Virus record (IMG/VR): IMGVR_UViG_3300046490_000096
Location: 17,161 to 81,160 of that record
Source: a virus
Taxonomy: Duplodnaviria > Caudoviricetes
Reading direction: 5' to 3' (one strand)
Length of the DNA stretch: 64,000 bases
Part shown: positions 47,378 through 57,273 of the stretch, piece after piece
Numbering within the stretch: position 1 is the stretch's first letter
Layout of the letters: each line of letters starts with the position of its first letter
Notes under the pieces: generated by a model
Databases searched by the model: none
What the model saw: only the letters and a program-made list of their open reading frames with translations
Told to the model about the DNA's origin: nothing
Translations under genes and position numbers: made by a program

Positions 47378-48181
47378 GTTTTTCCCGAAGAGCTGCTCCA
47401 CATCGACGCTCGCCGGCAATTCCCCGGTCCTGGCAAACTCTTCCATCTGCTCCGGCGTGAGCTTCTTCCACGGGTCCTCGACCTTCACTTCCTTGCGTTC
47501 GGTCGGCTTGTCGTAGAGCAGGGATTCGATCTTCACGAGCAGGTCGGCCGCCTGCGCTGCCGTCCGGGCGTTGGCCAGGGCCTCGGTTCCGCTCATCGGG
47601 ATCCGGATGGCCGAGCCGTCCTTGGTGTACTCGATGCGGGCGAAGTCGACGCCCTCCCTCATCGTGTCGACCAGCTTCTTCACCGAGGCGAAGAGGGACG
47701 ACTTGATCCCGTTCACCACGATCAGGTTGTCCTTGCGGGCCTTCTCCCACTCGGTCAGCACTGTCCCGGCGATCTTTTCGGCCGCTATGCTCTCCGCGGT
47801 CTTTAGTGTCTCGTGCTCGAGCGCGAGCTGCGCTTCGAAGCTTGGCCAGTTCCGCAAAGGGTTCCCCTGCATCAGCTTCTTCGCCGTCTGGAAAGTCATC
47901 CCGTGCTTTCGCGCCAGCGTCATCACGTGCCTGGTCCCAGCCTTCCAGTCTAAGTACACGATCCAGCGCAGATCGTCGCTCACCCGTCGACCGTTCGCCT
48001 TGTGTGGTGAGTTCGCACGGGCCAGCCTTTCCGCTTCCGTGCGCTCGTACCTGGCGGCGCTTCGCCCCGGCAAACGGACGCCCTCGTCGGTGGAGGGATC
48101 CGTCGAGGGCGCCGCTTCTTCTACCCGGTCCGAGGAACCGGCCGAGTCACAAGTGGCTTCATCTGCTTTTTCGTCAATCAT
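47375..48181 (-). CDS. Putative terminase small subunit
   Basis: HTH-like region (LARKHGMTFQTAKK), helical oligomerisation segment, and C-terminal KPTERKEV...LTPEQMEE as in many TerS proteins. Confidence 0.55.
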   Translation of the reverse strand: MIDEKADEATCDSAGSSDRVEEAAPSTDPSTDEGVRLPGRSAARYERTEAERLARANSPHKANGRRVSDDLRWIVYLDWKAGTRHVMTLARKHGMTFQTAKKLMQGNPLRNWPSFEAQLALEHETLKTAESIAAEKIAGTVLTEWEKARKDNLIVVNGIKSSLFASVKKLVDTMREGVDFARIEYTKDGSAIRIPMSGTEALANARTAAQAADLLVKIESLLYDKPTERKEVKVEDPWKKLTPEQMEEFARTGELPASVDVEQLFGKN

Positions 48182-48413
48182 TTCAAACCTCCAAGACTGC
48201 TTGGCTTCGCGCAGGGCGGAGCGGAGTCGAGAGCGGACTACAACTATCAGCCTCCAGAGTATCCGGTTCCGACGACTCTTGGCAACATCTCACCGAATTC
48301 CGGCATGTCCGCGTGATGGAGTTACCATTGACGCGGTTTCGTGCTCTTTTCGTCGTTTTTATGCGCCGCGATTCTTACAAGTGTTCAGAATCATTCAAAA
48401 CAACGCGTTGCTC

Positions 48414-48434
48414 ATCGTCACAAGTTGTGACGAT
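48414..48434. promoter_or_regulatory. 21-bp perfect palindrome (motif C copy)
   Basis: ATCGTCACAA-G-TTGTGACGAT. Confidence 0.7.
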
Positions 48435-48639
48435 CAATTTCGTCCGGCGTTTCTGCTCCGCGTTTCTGCTCCGCGTTCCATGCCTTCGTCGCCTTCTCGA
48501 CTGGGTTGCCGGCCGTCACGACGTTGCCCATGGGGCATCCGGCGGTCTTGCACTCCCAGTAGTAGGTGTGGCTGTTCCAGTCGAGTTCGGGGTCGTGGTG
48601 GCAGAGAGCGCAAGGCTGGGGCTTCACTTCTTTGGGCAT
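48418..48639 (-). CDS. Lar-like small Zn-binding protein
   Basis: PCALCHHDP...YWECKTAGC...AWNA. Confidence 0.5.
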   Translation of the reverse strand: MPKEVKPQPCALCHHDPELDWNSHTYYWECKTAGCPMGNVVTAGNPVEKATKAWNAEQKRGAETPDEIDRHNL

Positions 48640-49574
48640 GATTCCAGGTACTCCCTTCGGGCTTCCTCAAGTCTCGACTCGGCCGCTACGATGGCGTCTA
48701 GGTGACGTTGCTCGACGTCGCCGGTCTTCTCGGCGTTGCGTCTTTCCGCCCTCGCGTCGGTCAGGTCGTGGAGCGCTCCTAGGAACGTGTCCCAGAGTCG
48801 GCTCGACCCTGTCAGCGGGCAGCCGTGCAGCTTGTGCGGGTTGTCCTTGTAGACCGCCCAGCTCACCTGTGCACCTCGATGTCGGGCAGCAGATGGGTGC
48901 AATGCCAGCCGTGGCACAGGATGCAGTGATAGGCCCGCTGCCGATGCTTCAGGGCGCAGGCCCGGGCTGCGTTCTCTCCCATCATCTTCTTGCCCACGCA
49001 AGACCGGGCGAGTTCGTCTAGAGTTGGCTCTGGCATGGCGGCGATTCCCTTGGGCGGGTTGGGCTTCTTCTCTGCTTTGGGCAGCTTGAACACCACCCCG
49101 GCTGCGTTCATCGACGCCACGAGCTTGGAAAGGTTTTCGATGTTTCTCGTCTGCCCCGGCTTGAGAGTCAAGATCGGTACCCCGTCGAAATCCAGAGTGT
49201 CGGCGAACTCCCCGCCTATTGTCCACTGCTTCGGCCTATTGGGAGGGTGGCTTCGCGACGTCACGACAGCCTCTTCGTCCTGCACCCGCCGCAGTACCCG
49301 ACGCTTGAGTACCATGCGATCCCGCACTTCGGGCAGTGGCCGATGGGCTCAGGGGCCTTTTCCTCGTGCTCGCAGTTTTCTGTGGCGCACGCCAAGCATA
49401 GCCCGCTGGCCGAGGCCATGGGAACACTCTCCTCGCATCCGCCGCACATGCATGGCTGCGTCTTGCCTCGATACCAAACCTTGCGCACCCACCACATGAG
49501 GCGCGCCCGCGCTGCCGTGTACCATGGGCCTCCGCCTTCGTAGTCAGGAATCCAGAGGTTCCACAGGAAGTACC

Positions 49575-50528
49575 TCACGTCGCCTTCTCCTCTTCCAGCC
49601 AGTCCGGCTGGTGTTCCTTGACCCATTCTAGGACGCTCACCTCTTCTTCGTAGATCTGCTCACAAGCCCAGGGCTTGTACTCGGCGATCACGGCGTCCAG
49701 AAAGGTTCTCTCGGCCGCCTCCATCGCAGGCGTGGGCTTGGTGTTACTACGGTCCGGGCTGCCATACTCCTCGTCCAGCTCGTCCAGCACCTGGGTCAGC
49801 GGTCCCGATGACCAGTTCTCTCCAACCTTTATCCGCACGAATCCGTGGAGCGTAAGCGTCTCCGGCCACTCCTCGCGCTTGAGGCTTTCGAGGTGGTCCC
49901 CTATGGCCTCGTCCGGGTCTTCGTTGCTCAGCTCTTCGGGGTTGTTCACTCCCCACGATATGCACACCTCCTCGGCCTCAGCGCGCGTCTTTGGGTTACC
50001 CTCTGCCATTGCCTTTTCCGCAACCTCTCCAAAATGGCGCATGGCCGCAGTGACGTCGGGCAACGCGGGGTCCGGCGTGACTTCCACGTGCATGCTCCCG
50101 AAATCCATGACCGATTTTGCCGCGTGCCCAGACTCGGCTACGATCCGCCTAAGTCCGTCAGGTGTCAGGGGGTCGCTTGCGATGAACCTGCACGGAGTCC
50201 CGTTGAACAGGGGCTCCTTTCTACACGTGATGCACGCCGGTGACTTCATGGCGTAGTAGCACCGCCTGCAAAACGGTAGGATTTCCTTCGGAGTGTTTGC
50301 GATGTCCGCGGCCATGGCTATTGTCGCCGCCGTCTGCTCGTTCATCGCCTGCCCGGCCTTCTCGCCCATCTCTCGCATGACCACCATCAGGTGAGGGGGG
50401 ACCTGGGCTCGTTCAAGCCGGTCCGTCCTCTCGCGGAGCAGCTTCACCCCATTCGATAGCCCTTCCACCACCCCAGTAAGCCTTCCAACAGAGTTTCCGA
50501 GTGCCTGCACTAGCTCTGCAATTTCCAT
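49575..50528 (-). CDS. Hypothetical protein with acidic C-terminal domain
   Basis: 317-aa ORF with plausible codon usage; function not recognised. Confidence 0.55.
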   Translation of the reverse strand: MEIAELVQALGNSVGRLTGVVEGLSNGVKLLRERTDRLERAQVPPHLMVVMREMGEKAGQAMNEQTAATIAMAADIANTPKEILPFCRRCYYAMKSPACITCRKEPLFNGTPCRFIASDPLTPDGLRRIVAESGHAAKSVMDFGSMHVEVTPDPALPDVTAAMRHFGEVAEKAMAEGNPKTRAEAEEVCISWGVNNPEELSNEDPDEAIGDHLESLKREEWPETLTLHGFVRIKVGENWSSGPLTQVLDELDEEYGSPDRSNTKPTPAMEAAERTFLDAVIAEYKPWACEQIYEEEVSVLEWVKEHQPDWLEEEKAT

Positions 50529-51287
50529 CAGTTCACTCTCCCTTTCCTTCTCTCGGCTGCGGTCTTCGCCTCGTCTTCGTCCAGCCTAGCTACCCAGCTT
50601 CTAAGCGGGGATGCCTTGGGCAGGGCGAGGTACTGTTCCCGACTCATCCTCTCCACGTGGCCGCCGTCCGAAATCAACCAGATGCTTCCGTGGAAGACGA
50701 AGTTAGCCAAGGCTGTGCGCAGGTGGGTCATCGAACGCTCTTCGCCAGTTCCTCGGCGTCAAGGCGCTGGATAAGTTCCTCGTGAGGTACTCGGCCGCCA
50801 CAGCCATCGCACAGCGGCTTGCCGTCGTGTTTCCGGTCATGGGCTCCGGGTGGCACCTGGTAGTGGACCTTCCCCGCAAACTTGCGCTTGCAGTAGCAGC
50901 ACGTCGTCGTCTTGCCCTTCTTCGTTCCCATGCCCATGAATACGCTCCTCTCTCAAATCGACGACGCCTTTTCTTGCGCGCATTTCCAACACACGACCAC
51001 GGTCCTCTTGCCCGCCTGCACAGAGTAGGCCCGCGCCCGGCACCCAGGGCACTCCACCGAGGTGCTCTCGGTCGCTGTCTCGCCGGGGCGCGGCTTCGAG
51101 GGCAGGAACAGCTTCATCTTGTCGTCGCACAGTCCCCCGCCTTCGCACGTACCCTTGCTATCCGCGCGAGGTCGCCCACCCTCTGCCTCTATCATGGCAA
51201 TGGCCTGTCGGGTTGCGCACCATGGGCAGGAACCCACCACCATGCGGAGCCAGCCACGAAGGGCCAAGAAGCGAAGGGTCTCGGCGT

Positions 51288-51545
51288 TCAAGTGATGGCC
51301 TCGCAGTGCCTGAAGATGGCCACGCAGCCAGCCTTGCCCTTGAGCCACACGACCGCCGTGTGCCCGGAGAGCATCTGTGCCGGTGTCCGAGTTTGCGTTA
51401 CCAGCGGTTTCTCACTTTCTCCGGCGATCTCGCAGTAGCGCACCCAAGTCCCGACCGGGTGAAGTTTATTCCACCGCGCAACCACCCTCTCCTGAAACTT
51501 CGGGCTTCGTTCCCGCCGCTCGTTCTTCTCTTGCATCGTTTCCAT
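51288..51545 (-). CDS. Hypothetical phage protein
   Basis: WNKLHPVGT...LSGHTAVVW...GCVA pattern. Confidence 0.55.
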   Translation of the reverse strand: METMQEKNERRERSPKFQERVVARWNKLHPVGTWVRYCEIAGESEKPLVTQTRTPAQMLSGHTAVVWLKGKAGCVAIFRHCEAIT

Positions 51546-51642
51546 CGCGCGCTCCTATACGGACCGCTGCATTTACGTCGCCCAGCGGTAGGCTGACCAG
51601 AGTAGTTTTTGTGAAGGCCGTCTACCTGGTATTTCGGCCTCG

Positions 51643-51723
51643 TGGAGAGGATGGGAGTCGAACCCACAATGCGCACCCGGAGCTAGACCATAGAATCAAG
51701 ATGAGCACCGCCAATGCCTCCCC
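51643..51723 (-). tRNA. Degenerate tRNA-like RNA (Ser-type scaffold, anticodon uncertain)
   Basis: Acceptor stem GGGGAGG/CCTCTCC+A and T-arm GTGGG-TTCGACT-CCCAT. D and anticodon arms are irregular; no encoded CCA. Confidence 0.55.
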
Positions 51724-51724
51724 A

Positions 51725-51758
51725 TACCTGTATATGCTCCTACCCCGAATCCGCTTCA
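51725..51758 (-). promoter_or_regulatory. Motif A promoter-like element
   Basis: TGAAGCGGATTCGGGGTAGGAGCATATACAGGTA, directly before the tRNA-like RNA. Confidence 0.7.
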
Positions 51759-52099
51759 CCTCTTCTGCAGTGGGAGCACTCCACGTCCCCGTCCGCCGCA
51801 ATGAGCACGATCATTCGTTCCCTTCCGCAGGTCCGGCACACCCTGTCGACCGGGAGCCCGCTTTGAATAGCCTCGACGTGGGCAGCCTCGAATGCCGCTA
51901 GCGCCTTGCCGGCGTTCGCATCCTTGTTCCCGGCCACGTAGGCCAGGGAATCCTTCTCAGCCTCTGCCGTGACCGCTTCGAGGGCAGGGGTTATCCTGCA
52001 CCCGTGGTGCCCGGCCAGCGAACAGAGGTGGTCAATGGCCTTCTTCCACGCGCGCGTCGTGTGGGCCTGGCGCTTGGCTTGGGCGGCGTCGGTCGTCAT
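51740..52099 (-). CDS. Hypothetical protein with C-terminal Zn ribbon
   Basis: CRTCG...CSHC; ATGA-coupled to the helicase. Confidence 0.55.
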   Translation of the reverse strand: MTTDAAQAKRQAHTTRAWKKAIDHLCSLAGHHGCRITPALEAVTAEAEKDSLAYVAGNKDANAGKALAAFEAAHVEAIQSGLPVDRVCRTCGRERMIVLIAADGDVECSHCRRGEADSG

Positions 52100-53811
52100 C
52101 CTTCTTCCCCGGCTTCGCGTGTGCGGCCCGTGATGCGCTCGATAGCCTCCGGAGCCAGTCTCTTGCCCTTGTTCTGGCGCAACTCCCACACCAGGTCGCA
52201 CGCGTGCTTGTATGAGAGGTTGACCGCCGGAATGCCAGCCGCTCCGAGCTCGCGGACCTGTCGGTAGTTGGCCAGCCCGATCTCCTCGCGCTTCCTCACC
52301 GTCCCGATCAGCCTGGACGCCTGTGCGCTAGTGCAGTCTTTCGGGATGTCCACCCGCAACGCCTTCAGGTAGTTGATCTGCTTCTCGCTGGCGATCTTTC
52401 CACCGAAGCGGCGTTCCCACTGCTCGTCTTTGCTGGCCTTCATGTGCAACACGGCGAATGGGTCGAATTCGTGGACCGAGTAGGAGACCTTGGCCGTAAG
52501 GCTTGCACGTCGAGCGATCTCGGCCTGCTTCTCTTTCTCAATGGCTTCCGCATGCGCCTGGGCCAACGCCTCGTCCGCGCGCATGCCTGGGTTCGCCTCG
52601 ATGATCTTGTCCGCAGCCTCAACCTCCGCCTCTTCGTACTTGCCGCCCAGCACGTCGGCCGTGGACGACTGGCGAATCTTCCCCATGTTGCCGGTGAATT
52701 CGATCACGAGAGCGTTCTCACTGCCGACCGCACGGGCCCGCCCGATCATCTGCTCGATAAGCAAGCGGCTCGACGAAGGTCTGCCCATGGACACGCACGA
52801 GATCCGCTCGTCGTTGTACCCTTCGGTGGTGATTCCTACGTTCACGAGGTACTGAAACTCGCCCCGCTGGTGGGCTGCGATGATTCGGCGCCGCTCGTCG
52901 GTATCCGTCTCGCCGTCCACCGCCCGCGCGCACGCTGGCCGGTAGCGGTTGAAGATTTCCGCCAAGCGGTGGGCGTTCTCGACGCTGGTCGTGAAGACGA
53001 TAGTGCGCCGGTCGCCGGACTCCTTGAGGGTAGCATCCACGACCCCGTGCAATGCCTCCTCCACGGCCATGGCCGCGTCGAGATCATCCTTGTTGAAGTC
53101 CCCATCCTTGCTCTTGCGGCACGCGGACAGGTCGATCTCTTTGATGTTGATCTTCCGCACCACGAAGGGAGGGCGCTTCTTGTCCGCGATGGCGTCGGCC
53201 AGTTCGTAGATGCCGGCCACGCTATCGAAAACCAGCCCAAGCGCTTTCTCATCCCCGCGCCGGGGCGTGGCCGTGTAGCCAAGAAGTTTCGCGCCCGCGA
53301 AGTAGTCGGTGATCGCGCGCCATGATTGGCTTACTGCGTGATGGCATTCATCCACGATGACGAGGCCGAACGTGTCCGGCCGCCAGCGCTCAAGCCGCGC
53401 CCCCTTGAGCGTTTGCACCGACGCCGAGATAATTCTCTCGTCTCCAGCCCACGCCTCGGCCTTCTCAAGCCCCACCTGCTCCCCGGTGATAGCTGCGAGC
53501 TCGGCCCGGTTCTGCCGGACAATCTCGTCTCGATGGGCCATTACGAGGATGCGCTTCGAGAGCTTGAAGTGGCGCGGCCACTCGCGCGCGATGAGGGAAA
53601 AGCAGAACGTCTTGCCTCCTCCGGTGTAGACCACGGTCAGCGGAGAGCGGTTGTCCTCAAGCTTCTCCCAGGCCCCATTGATGACACGGTCCTGAAAGTC
53701 GTGCGGAACCTTCCCGTTCGCGGACACGTGTGCCGGCGCGATGATTCCGCTGTCCGGGATGAGAAGCCCGGAGTCTTCGGAACGGGTGAAGTCGAAGCCA
53801 GCTTGGATCAT
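52096..53811 (-). CDS. Superfamily 2 DEAD/DEAH-type helicase
   Basis: YTGGGKT, VDECHH, GYTATP, VGITTEGYN, and RP..SR.LIEQMIGR. Confidence 0.92.
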   Translation of the reverse strand: MIQAGFDFTRSEDSGLLIPDSGIIAPAHVSANGKVPHDFQDRVINGAWEKLEDNRSPLTVVYTGGGKTFCFSLIAREWPRHFKLSKRILVMAHRDEIVRQNRAELAAITGEQVGLEKAEAWAGDERIISASVQTLKGARLERWRPDTFGLVIVDECHHAVSQSWRAITDYFAGAKLLGYTATPRRGDEKALGLVFDSVAGIYELADAIADKKRPPFVVRKINIKEIDLSACRKSKDGDFNKDDLDAAMAVEEALHGVVDATLKESGDRRTIVFTTSVENAHRLAEIFNRYRPACARAVDGETDTDERRRIIAAHQRGEFQYLVNVGITTEGYNDERISCVSMGRPSSSRLLIEQMIGRARAVGSENALVIEFTGNMGKIRQSSTADVLGGKYEEAEVEAADKIIEANPGMRADEALAQAHAEAIEKEKQAEIARRASLTAKVSYSVHEFDPFAVLHMKASKDEQWERRFGGKIASEKQINYLKALRVDIPKDCTSAQASRLIGTVRKREEIGLANYRQVRELGAAGIPAVNLSYKHACDLVWELRQNKGKRLAPEAIERITGRTREAGEEG

Positions 53812-53881
53812 GCGTGCATCCCGGCTTTCCTGGCCGCATGTCTCTTGAAAGGCTTGAGCTTAACGCTGCAACGCACGGGAG

Positions 53882-54886
53882 TCATTCCACCTTGTCCAGC
53901 TTCACAAATTTGGAGTCTACCCAAATCCCAGCATCCTTGCCCGTGGCGAGCAAGCGTTCGTCGGTCACGGCCTTCATCTCGCCGACCGTGAGCCAGCCCT
54001 TGCCCTTGCAGCCTGGGCAGCCCTTGCGCCGGCTCGTGAGTTTGCACCACAGACACACCGATTCGGGCATCGCGTTCTTGGCCGCCACCGCGGCGTCGTG
54101 CAGGGAGGATTTGAGGGCCTGGTACTGGTGTCCGACTTCGCCTTCAAATCGGGTCAGCTTCCCCTGCAGGCTCACCAGCTCCCGGTGCAGAGCCGAGAGT
54201 CCGGCGTGTTCCAAGGCGGTTTGCTTTCGGATGTCGTCCGGAATGTCCAGCCCCATTGACTCGATGACCAGCGTGATTTCTTCGGGCTTCTCCGCTGGCG
54301 CGGGCTCCTCCGCTTTCTTGGCGCGGTGGACAGCTTGCTTCACGGCTGCGTGGGTCTTGCCCGTTGCCTTAGCTACCTTCTCGATGGCCCTAGCCTTCAC
54401 CTTGTTCGGGTGGTCCTGCTTGGCATTCCTTTCGGCTTCCATCCGATCCACTTCTTCGTTAGAAAAGCGATGTTCGACATCCTCCAGCTCCTCCTCCTCG
54501 ACCTCCGGGAAGTCCTCTTCCTGATCCCGGGCCTGGTGAATCTTGACCAGCCTCGCGATGGCCGTGTCCTGCTCGGCCGAGGAGTGGCGCCTCATCGCGT
54601 TCTCGATCAGCGTGACCTCTTCGAGCTCGCTCGCCGTCCCGCTCACCACCAGGCACTCGATGCGCGGGATGTTCTCGTTCAGGCAGGCCGAGATGCGGTC
54701 CGCTCCGGCCAGTAACCTCCAGGTCCCCTTCTCGACCACCGGGGGATTCATCGGGGCCCCGCCCGTAGCCGCGAAACTCTTCCCCAGCCGGATGACCTTC
54801 TCGTTCCGCCTCCGCGTTGCGATGTCTCCTGGGAGTATCAGCTTCGCGATATTCAGAGCTTGCAAACCGTATCTCTTTAACGCCAT
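53882..54886 (-). CDS. ParB-N-like domain protein with C-terminal Cys finger (replication-associated)
   Basis: MNPPVV...LLAGADRI...TLIENAMR; C-terminal CLWC...CPGCKGKG. Confidence 0.7.
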   Translation of the reverse strand: MALKRYGLQALNIAKLILPGDIATRRRNEKVIRLGKSFAATGGAPMNPPVVEKGTWRLLAGADRISACLNENIPRIECLVVSGTASELEEVTLIENAMRRHSSAEQDTAIARLVKIHQARDQEEDFPEVEEEELEDVEHRFSNEEVDRMEAERNAKQDHPNKVKARAIEKVAKATGKTHAAVKQAVHRAKKAEEPAPAEKPEEITLVIESMGLDIPDDIRKQTALEHAGLSALHRELVSLQGKLTRFEGEVGHQYQALKSSLHDAAVAAKNAMPESVCLWCKLTSRRKGCPGCKGKGWLTVGEMKAVTDERLLATGKDAGIWVDSKFVKLDKVE

Positions 54887-55045
54887 GTTTCCCTCTTTTG
54901 TCATCGCGTCAATTGACGCCTAAAGTCGCTCGCGTTTAAGGCGCGCTGGCCTTGGGTGGGGTCAGTGTCCACGAAACCGCCGCCCGCCTAGCAGCGCGCA
55001 AGGGCGCCCCCTTTCCTGCCCAGATTCGCCCCTACCGAAAGTCTC

Positions 55046-55726
55046 CTATCGGCCCAGGTAGTGATGCACCGTGTAAGCCAAGTCCTCGTCATTGCCCTGC
55101 TGATTTTTCGCCAGCCAGTCAAGATAGCCCCGCGGCACTTCCGACCACAAGATCCCCTTGTGCTTCCCGAATCCGACCGTGTGCAAGAGCACGGGCAGAG
55201 ACTGCTGGGCCACGAACGATTCGAGAGACTGGCTTTCGAAGTCCGCCTTGGCTGGCCCGTTCAGCAGGTAGCGCAGCAGGGCCGCCGTCACGATGCAGTC
55301 GCCTTCCGCCCGGTGTGCGACCGTGTCCCGTGGCACGTCCAGCTTGAGGGCGTAGCGCATGTACTGGTTCGAGAATTCCGGCAGCGTGGGCATGTACCGC
55401 CGAGCGATGCGCTTGGTGTCCAGCCACGGGCCTGGAATCATCGGCAGGAAAGAGGCGTCGAAGGGCGCGTTCTGCGCGACGTATGCCGCGGGGGAAAGGG
55501 GCAGCATCTTGACCGCCGTCTCGAGGTTGACCGCTCCCGCCACGTCCGAGTCGATCAGGTGGTGGATTGCGCTCGCCTCGGGCGGGATTGGAATGCCAGG
55601 GTTCACCAGGCAAGATCCGCTCTGCAATGTCTCGTGCAGGTCCGTCACCGCGTACCCGAGCTCGACCACGCGATCCTTGGCGGGGTCCAGGCCGGTAGTT
55701 TCCACATCGATAACCAAGATCTCCAT
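55046..55726 (-). CDS. DEDDh 3'-5' exonuclease (ExoX/DnaQ-like)
   Basis: VIDVETTG, AQNAPFD, AHRAEGDC; C-terminal FGKHKG..W.EVP.GYL.WL. Confidence 0.92.
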   Translation of the reverse strand: MEILVIDVETTGLDPAKDRVVELGYAVTDLHETLQSGSCLVNPGIPIPPEASAIHHLIDSDVAGAVNLETAVKMLPLSPAAYVAQNAPFDASFLPMIPGPWLDTKRIARRYMPTLPEFSNQYMRYALKLDVPRDTVAHRAEGDCIVTAALLRYLLNGPAKADFESQSLESFVAQQSLPVLLHTVGFGKHKGILWSEVPRGYLDWLAKNQQGNDEDLAYTVHHYLGR

Positions 55727-55728
55727 GT

Positions 55729-56961
55729 TCAAACCTCCGTGTTGTAGGCGACTTCGCCGTCCTCGATGATGACCGCCCCCTCGTCCCCGTCCGAAACCCT
55801 CTCGATCCACATTTGGAAGTTCTCGGCCACCGCCGTGTCGCGAATGATCTGCATGCTCTTCTTGTCCAGCAGCGAAGCGTCCGTCACGCGCAGCACCCGC
55901 AGGCGGGGATTCAAGGCGATGCCGATAGCCAGCGATACCTTGAGACGTTCCGCGCTCGATGCCTGTTCGAAGGGCAGGCCCTTGAAGGTGATGCCGTCCT
56001 CGCCGAATCCCAGTCCTGGAATCGGCCAGTTTACGGCGTCCAGACGTTTCTGCTTCGCTTCGTCGATTTCCTGGATGATCTCGGTGAGCTTGGTGTACTC
56101 GCGATCCTTGGCCTTGTAGTCATCGACAGCCTTGGCGCGATCCTTCTTGGCTCGGACGGTTCGGTTCACGTCCTCGGCGCCCGTGATTTTCGCGACCAAG
56201 TCTGTCGTGTCCACGGCGTCAATGGATTCATGCGCGGTCAGCGCCGCGTCGAGCTTTGCCTCGGCCGCATCAAGCTCGCGTTTGAGACGGTCGAATTCTG
56301 CTTGTGCCGAATCTGCAACAGCCTTGGCCTTGCTCTTCCTTGCGTTCTGCTCGTCGGCCTTGCCCTTCTCGGCCATAAGCGCAGCCACTGAGACTTCCTC
56401 GTCCGGCGCAGTCGCGCACGACGTGGGGAAGGTCAGGATTCGCGCCTCCGCGTCCGCCCGCACCCGGCCCACGCCCGTGCGCTTCTCATAGGCGGTGTTC
56501 CGCTCGGCGTCCAGGTCGGTCAGGTCCAGGCCCACGAGGCGCTTGAGGATGGCCGTCTGCTTGGCCTTGTCCTGGCTCGCGAATTCCATGGGGCTGAAGG
56601 CAACGGTGTTGTAGAGCTTGTCCAGGATGCTCTGCGGGCTCGCCATCTTCTTGCCATCGGCATTGCGCACGACGATCTGGCGCCCGTTCTTCTGGTCGAA
56701 AGTCACCTCGACCGATAGCTCCCCCAGGTCCAGGAAGATTTCGCCAAACTTCTCTCCCCTTCGGATTGGTTCAGCAGGCGCAGCCTTCGCCCCGCCCATC
56801 GCTATCTCCAGCAGATCGAGCACGGTCGTTTTCCCTTGCGCGTTTTCGCCTCCGATGATGACCACCGGGCCTTGGGGACGGATTAGCACTGCCTTCAGAA
56901 TTTTGATGTTGTTCCCGCGCAGCTCCACAACGTGAAGCGGATTCTTCGATTCATCGCTCAT
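55729..56961 (-). CDS. SMC/SbcC/gp46-like AAA ATPase
   Basis: Walker A GENAQGKT, coiled coil, signature ASSAE, Walker B-like RVTDASLLD. Confidence 0.85.
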   Translation of the reverse strand: MSDESKNPLHVVELRGNNIKILKAVLIRPQGPVVIIGGENAQGKTTVLDLLEIAMGGAKAAPAEPIRRGEKFGEIFLDLGELSVEVTFDQKNGRQIVVRNADGKKMASPQSILDKLYNTVAFSPMEFASQDKAKQTAILKRLVGLDLTDLDAERNTAYEKRTGVGRVRADAEARILTFPTSCATAPDEEVSVAALMAEKGKADEQNARKSKAKAVADSAQAEFDRLKRELDAAEAKLDAALTAHESIDAVDTTDLVAKITGAEDVNRTVRAKKDRAKAVDDYKAKDREYTKLTEIIQEIDEAKQKRLDAVNWPIPGLGFGEDGITFKGLPFEQASSAERLKVSLAIGIALNPRLRVLRVTDASLLDKKSMQIIRDTAVAENFQMWIERVSDGDEGAVIIEDGEVAYNTEV

Positions 56962-57273
56962 AGCTTCTGTCCCTTCTTTTCCATTGCGCCATCAATGGCA
57001 TGCCTCTGGTGGCCCGCCACGATTCTCCCAGCCTTATCCTTGATTACCGGGCCAACTTTCTGCCCCACCCACTTCGCGGACTTCCGCTTCTTCTCGGGAA
57101 ACGGGAAGTTCTCACGGTATTCCTTCGTTGCTGGTCTCGTGCGGATGTCGTTCATTCCATCGCATCGAAGTCACCGGCCACCGGTGCCAAGTCTGGCAGC
57201 TTGGCGAGCATTTCGGCCCATGGGTCGCGCTTGCCCGGCTTCACGAGCATGCAGGTCTCGACTTTCGGCACGG

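Noticed and set aside
54890-55045. Possible ncRNA or origin between the exonuclease and ParB-like genes (GCGTCAATTGACGC palindrome)
   Set aside because: It has only one palindrome and modest GC pairing, which is not distinguishable from background.
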